Shown piece by piece: positions 51,177-61,759 of a DNA stretch of 64,000 nt; positions within the stretch are counted from its first letter, which is position 1; every line of letters begins with the position of its first letter. The translations under genes were made by a program, and so were the position numbers. The notes below the pieces were generated by a model. The model did not search any database and was not told the origin of the DNA. It saw nothing but the letters and a program-made list of their open reading frames with translations. The stretch spans positions 434,001 to 498,000 of the forward strand of contig NW_026864086.1 in assembly GCF_026571515.1 (NCBI RefSeq), written 5' to 3'. This DNA comes from Ruditapes philippinarum. Its lineage: Eukaryota.

Positions 51177-53194
51177 TAAAGTTACAAAAAAATTATGAAA
51201 AAGCAGCGTGGAATTACCCAAAATCGAGTTTTTCCGTGTTAACTCGTGGCCTAACACCTAATTTTCGTGAAAAATTGTTGTTTTGTGTCAATTTTTTTTA
51301 ATTAACCTTTTACCCCATGAGCATATTGTGAAAAATGGCCGTTTTATTGAAAATGCTCCTGTTACAAGTTCCAACTGCTATAAAAACTATGCAAAATGCT
51401 TCAATACTGATGAAACTTGGCACACATGTTCACTGAACTATAACCTTTGTAACAACATGCTCAATCTTAAATTTCCTGTTACCATGGTAACAGGGTGACG
51501 TCTTAAAATTGCGAAAAATCACTATTTTGCATTGTTTTTGCATCAAAACTGATTTCAAAGTGCTGCAACTTCTCAATGCGATGAGATAGAGTAAAAGGCT
51601 TTTCAGCGTGGGTTACACGTCACCTAAAAATCGACCTGAGGCCATTTTTAGTCTGTCACATTTCCAAAATTTGCTTTGCGATGAGGGGGACTCCGCCCCC
51701 CTTCAAACTCCCCAAACAGAAGCGGGCACATCCCCCTTCTGGCAACCCCCTGATGTATTATTTTATGGGGGACCGCGCCGAAAAAGTGGTCACTTTTTTA
51801 TACAAAATTTCTCAAACAAAAAACAGTGTTTGGGGCCCAAATAGGGCATTTTTTCACTGGTTGAGGCCTCATGTGGGGGGGGGGGGGGCAAAAAACCGTC
51901 AAAACACGTGTATATGAGGGAAAAGTTAACAAAAAATTATGAAAAACCGTGGAATTATCCAAAATCTAGATTTTCCATGTTAACTCGTGGCCTAACACCA
52001 AATTTTGGTGAAAAATTGTTGTTTTGTGTTAAATTTTGTTTAATAAACCTTTTACCCCATGAGCATATTGTGAAAAATGGCCGTTTTATTTAAAAGGCTC
52101 CTGTTACCATGGCAACGGGGGGACGTCTCAAAATTGCGAAAAATCACTATTTTGCATTGTTTTTTTTTCCCATCAAAACTGATTTCAAAGTGCTGCAACT
52201 TCTCAATGCGATGAGATAGAGTAAAAGGCTTTTCAGCGTTGGTTACACGTCACCTTAAGATCGACCTGAGGCCATTTTTAGCCTGTCACATTTCCAACAT
52301 TTGCTTGGCGTTGAAGGGGACTCAGCCCCCTTCAAACCCCCAAACAGAAGGGGGCACATCTCCTTTCTGGCAACCCCGTGATTTATCATTTTGATGGGGG
52401 ACCGCGCCGAAAAAGTGATCACTTTTTCAACAACATTTCTCAAACGAAAAACAGTGTTTGGGGCCCAAATAGGGCATTTTTTCACTATTTGAGGCCTCAA
52501 AGTGGGGGGGGGGGACAAAAAACCGTCAAAACACGTGTAAATGGCCGTTTTATTGAAAAAGCTCCTGTTACAAGAACCAACTGCTATAAACCTATGCAAA
52601 ATGCTTCAATACTGATGAAATGTTCACTGAAACATAACCTCTGTAACAACATGCTCAATCTTAAATTGCGAAAAATCACTATTTTGCATTGCTTTTTTCC
52701 CATCAAAACTGATTTCAAAGTGCTGCAACTTCTCAATGCGATGAGATAGAGTAAAAGGCTTTTCAGCGTTGGTTACACGTCACCTTAAGATCGACCTGAG
52801 GCCATTTTAGCCTGTCACATTTCCAAAATTTGCTTAGCGATGAGGGGGGACTCCGCCCCCTTCAAACCCCCCAAACAGAAGGGAGCACATCCCCACAGTG
52901 TTTGGGACCCAATTTTTTTCACTGGTTAAGGTCTCAAAAGGGGGGACAAAAAACATCAAAACACGTCTATATGAGGGAAAAGTTAACAAAAAATGATGAA
53001 AAACCTTGGAATTACACAAAATCTAGATTTTCCATGTTAACTCGTGGCGTAACACCTAATTTTGGTGAAAAATTGTTGTTTTGTGTTATATTTTGGTTAA
53101 TAAACCTTTTACCCCATGAGCATATTGTGAAAAATGGCCGCTTTATTTAAAAGGCTCATGTTACAAAATAGATAAATACAGAATCCCTAAAGAA

Positions 53195-53378
53195 AGCCCA
53201 ACACGTCAAAATTGAAAATGTTGCAGGCTCGGTTTGATTGAGCCTGTTCATGGACGGTACTGGAAAGTGCAAGTTACCGTCCACGCCCCCTAGCACCGGC
53301 TTAAGCAGAATTCAACATTTAACATGAACTGGTAAAATTTAGAATTTTGAAACATCCGCAGATGTGTTCATATGGCGA
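53195..53378 (+). mobile_element. Short interspersed repeat family (core GGCTCGGTTTGATTGAG...CTAGCACCGGCTTAAGC)
   Basis: Homologous copies at ~23988-24070 (+), ~36985-37075 (+), ~42105-42270 (-) and ~43610-43695 (-). Confidence 0.75.
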
Positions 53379-54299
53379 AGTTCCATCTGCTTTAAAACTA
53401 TGCAGAATGCTTCAATACTGATGAAACTTGGCACACATGTTCACTGAACTAGAACCTCTGTAACAACATGCTCAATCTTAAATTTCCTGTTACCATGGCA
53501 ACTGGGGGACGTCTCAAAATTCCGAAAAATCACTATTTTGCATTGTTTTTTCCATCAAAAATGATTTCAAAGTGCTGCAACTTCTCAATGCGATGAGATA
53601 GAGTAAAAGGCTTTTCAGCGTTGGTTACACATCATCTTAAGATCGACCACCTGAGGCCATTTTAGCCTGTCACATTTCCAAAATTTGCTTTGCGATGAGG
53701 GGGACTCCGCCCCCCTTCAAACTCCCCAAACAGAAGGGGGCACATCCCCCTTTTTGGCAACCCCCTTGTGTATCATTTTGATGGTGGGCCGCGCCGAAAA
53801 AGTGGTAACTTTTTTTAACAACATTTCTCAAAGAAAACCAGTGTTTGGTGCCCAAATAGGGCATTTTTTCACTGGTTGATGCCTCAAAAAGAGGGGGAGA
53901 CAAAAAGCTGTAAAACACGTCTATATGAGGGAAAAGGTTAAGGTAAACAATACTTAAAATACTCTGGAAATCATAAAAAGCGGTTTAAACTTTACATGCC
54001 TTATTAATAATAATAATATTCCATAAATCACAAAAATTTAAAAACCATGAGGACAATGTTATTGATATGAGCTCAACTAAACACAATAGTCACAAATCAT
54101 TAACTATGGTAATGCATGTACATATACTATTGCACTTAATAAATTAATTTTAATAGTTCATTATACATGTTTGCAGAGTATTTATTATTATGCACACATA
54201 TAAAAAAAACCTTAATTTTAATGGGTCTGGAAGGGGAAACAAACATAATTATATTTTTGGCCTAATAATCGCAGTTCTTCCCCTTTAAAACTGATATAA

Positions 54300-56262
54300 A
54301 TGGCGACATTGATCAGATCAAGTTTTGGTACGTGATGAACATTTTTACTGCAGTATTTGTTTGGAGATATATGACACACCTAGAACATTACCGTGTTTAC
54401 ATTCATTCTGTCAGGAATGTTTAAAAGGTTATATTCTGAAGATTACACAGGATTCACAAACTTTGTTATGTCCAGTTTGTAGAGCTGACACGAAAACAGA
54501 TAAAGTCAGGTTTAAATCGGTTGAAAAGTGGGTGGAGAATTTTCCGATTAACTTTACTCTACTTTCGATTTTAAAAGAAAGAAAGTTGGCGATGAATCCA
54601 AAAGAAAATGATTGTGAGGCGTGCTTAAGGGAGGATATCAAGGTTGAAGCTATTGTTTATTGTTATGATTGTTCTGAAAAACTGTGTGAAGATTGTAAAA
54701 GACATCATAGGAAAAATAAAGTATTATCAAATCATAAATTGATTGAAATTAATGAGTCAAAAGCCGTAGATCTTTCAGAATTCGAATATTTAGCAAATCT
54801 ATCCAAATGTTCAACTCACAGTACCGAAGATGTAAAGTATCTATGTAAAGATCATGATCAGCTTTGCTGCAATGAATGTGCGATTGTTACACATAGAAAA
54901 TGTGAAGATATGGTATCCCTGATAGATGAAATAAAAGAAAAGGAAGAGTGCATAGAAACTTGTCTTGAAAAGAGACTTATTACGATTGACAGTTACGTTG
55001 GAAAGCTGATTAAGCACGAAACTACATATTTAGAAAGCACGAATAAAAAAGAAAAAGAAGCAAAGGCCTGCTTGACGAATTTTAAGGAAAAACTTGATGC
55101 CGCCTATAGCAAACTTGAAACGAGAGTCATGTTGGGAATAACATGGAGGAAACACTCATTATCAAAAGCTAGTTCTTTACAGAAAGAATCTGCCGAAAAA
55201 CTGAAAGGGGATATCAAGTATTGTGATGAAAAAATTAAGAAAGCTAGAACATATGGAACAGCGATACATGCATTTCTTCTTGAAAGAGAAATGGGTAAAA
55301 AAGTTATAGAATACGAGGAAACATTCATAAATCTAAGACAGCAATCAAGCAGAGTATTACCTACTCTTTTAGAAGCTTGTCCACTACAAGAAGTATTAGG
55401 AAAGATTGATGGACTTTATCAGATCAGAGAAATGAGAAAAGAGCCTATTTTGCCTTCGTTTCCACAACGCAAAGCATTTACGAGTAGGAAACTGAATTTG
55501 GAACGTGAAGTTAATTTGAATGAAAGTCAGCCTAGATACTGTCTTTGGGTTGGCAATTACATCGTAGTTTCTTTTGAACGCACTTCTAAACTAGTAGCTT
55601 ACAAAACAGGCGACGGTTCACCTGTATCAACATACCAATGTCCCTCTCCTACATCAGTAACAGCAATTGAGAATGATAAGTTTGCTGTTGCCTTGCCATC
55701 AATAAACAAAATAATTATAATGCAGATTCAACAAAATCATATGATGTATTTAAGAGAATTGACATGTTCAAAACCGGACCTGATTGCCTATGACAAAAAG
55801 ACCAAACGTTTATTAACACTGTCTACGTCAGAAACCGTCATAAGAAAAATAACGATTGATGGTAAAGATGCTGATTGTATCGATTTGAGCAGAATTGAGA
55901 GAAAATATATAGAGAATACACACAACGTCTATGTTGATTCTCAGCTTAGACATATCCTTATTTCATCACACAGTATGCATATGTTACTTTGCACTGACAT
56001 GTCTGGGAATGTAATTTTCCAACACAAAATTGAATATCCGTGGTCTGTTATTACAGACTCACAAGCGAATGTTTATGTCGCAAATTACAGCGAAAATAGT
56101 ATTCAACTACTTAATCCAAATGGACAATCTATGAAAGCTCACATTCTAGGGAAACATAAAGAATCTTATCCATTAGCAATGTCTTTTAATAAAGAAATGA
56201 CCAAACTGGTTGTAACATTAGATAACTTATCAGGAAAGATGAGAATATTCAAATTCGAGTAA
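54300..56262 (+). CDS. Intronless TRIM E3 ligase (RING - B-box - B-box - coiled coil - NHL/beta-propeller; TRIM56/TRIM71/TRIM2-3-like)
   Basis: ORF 54325-56262: CSICLE..PRTLPCLHSFCQEC..CPVC (RING), CEAC..CYDC..CEDC..HH, CSTH..CKDHDQLCCNEC..HRKC (B-boxes), a helical region, and a C-terminal PWSVITDSQANVYV NHL-like repeat. The best ATG (54300) is out of frame by 1 nt. Confidence 0.9.
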
Positions 56263-56479
56263 GAGAGACAACTATCATGAAGTAGTACAAAAATAGTTCT
56301 ATGTGGCCAGCTTAGAGAAGAATTGTTTGAGTGATGACTGTTCATACAAAATATTTGGCTTTACTCATAAGCGGACTGTTTATATAAGTCATTTATTTAA
56401 ATGACTTTTCAAAATAAAAATATATATCGTATAATGCTACTTTTTCTATAAACAATACACATGATAAATACATGGTTCA

Positions 56480-57562
56480 TTTTTATATGCCCGTAAAAAT
56501 TTCGGGCATATTATGTTATACCCCCTGGGGTCCGTCCCTCCGTCTGTCTGTCTGCTCTCACGAGACAGTAATAATGTGGCTAGAGGGACAATAGGTAACT
56601 GTTCTTTCTCTTTGATGTCATTCATTCCGTGATGCTTTTATGTGGCTATTTTCATTTGTGTGGCTAAAAAGAACAAAAGAGAGAACAATAGAGTAGCCAC
56701 ATTATTACTGTCCCTTTAGAACGTCCGTCCGTCTGTCCGTCCGTCCGTTACCGATTTGGTTTCTGGAGCATAACTTATATTCCATTTGGCCCACAATATT
56801 CAAACTTCATAGGATGATTGTCTATATTGGGTAGAAGACCCCTCTTGATTTTGGGGTCACAAGGTCAAAGGTCAAGGTCACTATTACCTTAAAACTGAAA
56901 ACAGTTTCTGGAGCGTAACTTATGTTCCATTTGACCCACAGTGTTCAAACTTCATAGTATGATTGTCCATATTGGGTACAAGACGCCTATTGATTTTGGG
57001 GTTACAAGATCAAAGGTCAAGGTAACTGTTACCTTAAAACTGAAAACAGTTTCCGGAGCATAACTTATGTTCTATTTGGCCCACAGTGTTCAAACTTCAT
57101 AGTATGATTGTCCATATTGGGTACAAGACCCCTATTGATTTTGGGGTTACAAGATCAAAGGTCAAGGTTACTATTACCTTAAAACTGAAAACAGTTTCCG
57201 GAGCATAACTTATGTTCTATTTGGCCCACAGTGTCCAAACTTCATAGGATGATTGTCCATATTGGGTAGAAGACGCCTATTGATTTTGGGGTCACAGGGT
57301 CGAAGTTCAAGGTCACTTTTACCTTAATAGAATGAATAATGCTCACAAGGTCAAAGTTTAAGGTCACTATTACCTTAACACTGAAAACAATTTTCGGAGC
57401 GTAACTTAAGTTCCATTTGGCCCACAATATTCAAACTTCATAGGATTGCTATTTGAAGGAAGTAATACTTTATTTAATTCTCATGTCTAACAAATGCTTC
57501 ATCCTTACTAAAAAAACACACTTTCGGGCATGTAATGCTCCGCCTAGCGGTGCTCTTGTTGT
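56480..57562 (+). mobile_element. Helentron-associated (HINE) element with GTCC microsatellite and ~145-bp central tandem repeats
   Basis: 5' TTTTATATGCCCG..CGGGCATA inverted repeat, (GTCC/GTCT)n, units at ~56760, 56905, 57049, 57195 and 57391, and a 3' CGGGCAT + CCGC-CTA-GCGG hairpin + CTTGTT. Confidence 0.75.
56564..56712. mobile_element. ~150-bp MITE nested in the GTCC microsatellite
   Basis: Perfect 19-bp inverted repeat GACAGTAATAATGTGGCTA / TAGCCACATTATTACTGTC. Confidence 0.75.
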
Positions 57563-59342
57563 TAATATACTTGAAAAAATGTTTAAGATAATCAGTGTCA
57601 TGTGTGTAAAAATCGAAATATGTTTCTCAATAATTTACATGTATGATTCGAATAAAAAAAATGTTAACCATGTGAATACCAAAGAATAGGTTTGTTTGAC
57701 AAGGAGAATGACCACTTAAAGAAGTTTACTCGGAAGAACCCTAATAAACCCATCCCATGCCTTCATACAATGTAGATTTTCTGTATACTATACGTTACCT
57801 TATCCAAAAAAAGTCCTCGAAGCATAAGCTATAACATATTGAAATTTAAATTAAAACAACATTTTAATGTACCAATCAACCTAGAGATTGTGCAAGGTGT
57901 TATACATTTATGTCAACATTCTTTTGAGAGGTAACCAAAAATGCTTGTCTCAAAACTTTATTTTGTTTTCATGATTAGAGTATTGTTAACTTATGAAATG
58001 AAACTGCTTTCTATTTATATTTTGTTATATATTTAACAAAGTTGCCTCAATTGTTGGCAACAAAATTCTTGATGATTACACAGCAAAATATAGCTTTTCA
58101 AAAATACTATCTGTTGCACAATATATAATTATATAAACATGGGCACTAAGGATAATAAATGAATTTTATTAAAACGGAAAAGTTTTCCATGAAAAGGCTT
58201 GTTTTATTAACTAAAAACTAATATAAACACTAATACTTAATTTACAATATTGTCTATATGACAGAAAAACAAATAATAACTTTTATAGATCTTTAATGTG
58301 TAAAGACGTTCTCAGAAAATTAAAAATGACTTTTTACCCTAATTCGACAGTCCCTACTTTTAAACATGAAGTATCTTTAAAAATAGATAATCAGCCAAAG
58401 TAAAACTGGTTAACTATAATATGATAGTTCTTAGTTTTCCATGCAAAGTCATATAGAAATGTTAGCATAGCTTGCATAACAATGGCATAATAGTTTCTTG
58501 TAGGGTTATAAATCTTGATAAATGAAAATCTTTAAGATGTGTTTCTAAACAAACCTGTCGACCGTGTTTCGGTATGTGAACTCAATTTCTATCACCAATA
58601 TATAAAAAGTCGGCAAGGCTATTCTTTTTATAAATATTTGATTAAAATGCAAACAATATATAAAAATTGTAAACATTATATCAGTGCATAGATCCCTGAC
58701 CTGTGCAATTCTAATTATCAGATTAGTGGATACAAAAAGAATTTCACCACAACATAATTGTTAAGAGCACATGTCAATGTTTGTGGTTAAATCTATTTTA
58801 TACAAATGAAAGGTCAGAGTAGGGATCTATCAATTGAACACATCAGAAATCATATAATATAATATACATCTATTGTACATGAACTAAGGGTACCAAATAA
58901 GTTCTGATATTATGCTTGTTATTTTGGACACAATTTAAAACCCAGATCGTGTGTGTTGAAAAAACTCAGTAAGTTCTTACGTAAAATAAACTGTTCACTA
59001 GAAAATGTAATGAGATATGAATGCAAGAAGGAAGAATGGTTAAATAGAACCTAAATATGTGAGAAAGTTAACTAGAAAGTTAAAGAACTGTGAAAACCTT
59101 CTTTAATTCAGTTCTACAGGTAGTCAAACTGAAAACAGACCAGCCTTCGGCCGGAAACAATGTTGTATTTCATGTCACATGTTCCTATGAACGATATATA
59201 AGAAATATCGCAATGTAAAAATGTCTATTTTAAAATATGGTTGTTCCTCAAGTCATTCAATTTATTACGACCAAATTTGTTATAGATATTTATTGCGATG
59301 GATTTGCCCTCAACAGAGTAAAGAGCTATTGGTTTAAACATA

Positions 59343-59521
59343 TTTATTTAAGCTCGATTGCGAAACAAGATCTCGCAACTTATCTTAATCACTTTCGAGT
59401 CCGCGTCCTGGAACCAACCATTACTTGTGTCATATGAAGAAACATGGTCGTGACCCAAGTAGGGCTCGAACCCATGATCTCGGGGTTTAGAGGTAGACAC
59501 CTTAACCACTAGGCCACCGCT
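59343..59521 (-). mobile_element. tRNA-derived SINE
   Basis: Minus-strand GGTGGCCTAGTGGTTAAG (A-box) and GGGTTCGAGCCC (B-box), a non-tRNA body, and an AT-rich tail. Confidence 0.78.
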
Positions 59522-60094
59522 ATTACATATGGAATTTGTAAACAGACAATAATTTGGATTGTTTGAGTCAAATAGCATATCACCTAACATAGTATTAATA
59601 AGACGCGGTAAATATGCTTTTGTTGTTGCTTCCAATTACACTCAAAAAGGAGGACAACAAATAATACATTCTAACACTCCTAGTGATTTTGTCACTATAG
59701 ACAAAGAAGAAAAAAACGGTGTTAAACTGCCTAAACATTGGTTATGGACTACTTGTATATGCGGCTGTTATGTTTTACAGTTTTGACAAAACGCGGCTCC
59801 AATCTGTAAGCAAAGTAATGACGTCATCTTAAGTATACAACTCATGTATTCATAAACGCGCTAGTAAGCCGTCATGTCAAACATACAAGAATGATTAATC
59901 AAACACAGAATATAAATACAAGCTCCAATATTGGTTAATTATTTTACCTATATAATGTTAAGATGGATTGGAGCCTATTGAAATTTTCTCCAAATGAAAA
60001 TGTACGTAAATTATACAAATACAAAATAAGAGACTGAGAAATTTACAAGACAATTTAGTTCATACTCATTTAAATGCCAAATTCATGGTTCAGT

Positions 60095-60850
60095 ATCTAA
60101 ATGCTGTCGACCTCGTTGTACTCATTGTAATAATATTGTTGAAACTAATAATTTTTCAAGTACTACTATACCTTAAGAATTTTCTATAAAACTTGATTTT
60201 TCATGTATATGTTCAGATGTCATTTATCTAATAACTTGTAAAAAAATGTAAAAAAAAACAGTATGTTGGTCAAACTCAGCAAAAATGTAGTCAAAGAATG
60301 AATAGTCACAAATTTGATATTAAACACTTTCCTGACACTATTACCAATGTATCTGAACATTTTAATTCTGAAGGGCATTCTATCAAAGACTTTTCATTCA
60401 TGCCAATTGATAAAGTAAAGAATAATTGGCAAAGATTATTAAAAGAAACTTCAAGGATGTATAAGCTAGGTACAATTATTCATGATGGCATGAACTCCAA
60501 AATTCTTAATTAATTTTGTAGATTATAATCTTCACTTTAATATTTTTTTTATAAAAAAAAATTGGGTTTTTTTCTATTTTTTGCTTATGAATTAAAACTA
60601 ATTTCATGTCAATATGTAGTTTATCCTGGTTTTCTAATTTTACATTGTTTTTTACTTCATCTTTACCAGTGTTTTGTATCTTTTATCAAGATCCTACATA
60701 TTACATTTATACGCCAACAAATTATGTATTACATTTTGACGTCGTTGTCCTTGACGTCATATGACGTTGAAGTCATTTCCTGTAAACGAAGTATACCTGA
60801 TGAAGACTTTTGAGTAAAAAACGTTGAATATTTTACAAATAAAATATAAC
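60095..60850 (+). mobile_element. Penelope-like element remnant: GIY-YIG endonuclease plus 3' region
   Basis: CCRPRCTHC...FSC..SDVIYLITCKKC (frameshift) KQYVGQT..RMNSHKFDI..VSEHFNSEGHS..LLKET..KLGT..GMNSK; contains in-frame stops. Confidence 0.85.
60792..60830 (+). ncRNA. Degenerate minimal hammerhead ribozyme motif of the Penelope element
   Basis: TATAC-CTGATGA-AGACTTTTGAGT-AAAAAACGTT-GAATA. The CUGAUGA box is intact and stems I and II are recognisable, but the CGAAAC box reads AAAAAC. Confidence 0.55.
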
Positions 60851-61156
60851 ATTTTTTAATTGAAACTGGAGTTGATTTCTATATTCTATATAGATAAAAT
60901 AATAATGTTTAAGAAATAACAAACTCTATGTTTCTTCGCATATCTTCAGCCGAAACGTATACATATATAAATATACATAGAGTTCTTCCTTAAACATTAT
61001 TATCACACACCCGTGCCGATTTTGCGACTCCGTAAATATGATATTGCACGGGCGCGTGATGCCATTAGCGTTATACAAACATAGTGTAAAAGATGCGCGT
61101 CAATGAAAAATGACTTTATTTCACTTTAAACGGTCTTTATTTTGGGTATGTGATAA

Positions 61157-61297
61157 ATAGAATATTAAATTCGTGTAAGCTCATCACTGAATTTATTGCA
61201 CTCGTTGAATAAAATAATATTATGCTCGCATAATATAATTTTATTCACCTCGTGCAATAAATTCAGTATTGAACTTGCACTCATTCAATATCCTATT
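61157..61297. repeat. ~140-bp imperfect palindrome (foldback MITE-like)
   Basis: ACTGAATTTATTGCAC...GAATAAAAT..TATTATGC-TC-GCATAATA..ATTTTATTC...GTGCAATAAATTCAGT, centred at ~61226. Confidence 0.8.
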
Positions 61298-61440
61298 TAT
61301 TTTATCTATTTCAACACTGCACAAGGAACATTTTTCACGTTTTAATATATTATATATACAAATGTATGAAATTATTAAAATTACATAGGTATGCTACTTT
61401 AAAATTGCCTTCACATAACCAATGATGCAGATAATGCTAT

Positions 61441-61664
61441 TGTTCTATATTGATATATATTGAAACAGACTTTAGTTACTGATAAGCTCCGCCTCCATAG
61501 CATGCTACATGTAACATCACTTGTGTATTAAATCTTGGAATATTAAGACGTACTCTTGTTGTCTCTTCTAGTTCAAATTATACAATAGTATACTTTACTG
61601 GACATCTCATTTGAGATATAATATTCTTGATAATATACTTGTCACTAAAACAAAACATACAACA
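61441..61664 (+). mobile_element. Putative 5' LTR of the Gypsy element
   Basis: TGTT...AACA termini and an internal ATTAAA, immediately followed by the PBS. The 5' boundary is tentative because the 3' LTR is not in the window. Confidence 0.6.
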
Positions 61665-61675
61665 TGGTGTCAGAA
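61665..61675 (+). promoter_or_regulatory. Primer-binding site TGGTGTCAGAA (tRNA-Leu type)
   Basis: Directly follows the ...AACA LTR end and matches the start of the tRNA-Leu PBS consensus TGGTGTCAGAAG. Confidence 0.7.
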
Positions 61676-61759
61676 AAAATGGAAATTAAATTTAACTTCA
61701 CCTGACATTTAGATCAAATTCATATTAACTGAAACTTTAAAAAAAAAAAAGTGAACAAA

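Larger units (their letters stand above)
50762..53941. repeat. Tandem array of piggyBac-MITE-derived units joined by a conserved ~110-bp spacer
   Basis: Units starting AACCTTTTACCCCATGAGCATATTGTG at ~51302, ~52044 and ~53060 and ending ATGAGGGAAAAG(G)TTAA at ~50954, ~51929, ~52986 and ~53941; all homologous to 49083-49715. Confidence 0.88.

Noticed and set aside
49382-53918. Family of similar short ORFs (e.g. GDSAPLQTPQTEGG)
   Set aside because: They are translations of MITE-array units, frameshifted between copies, with no transposase motifs.
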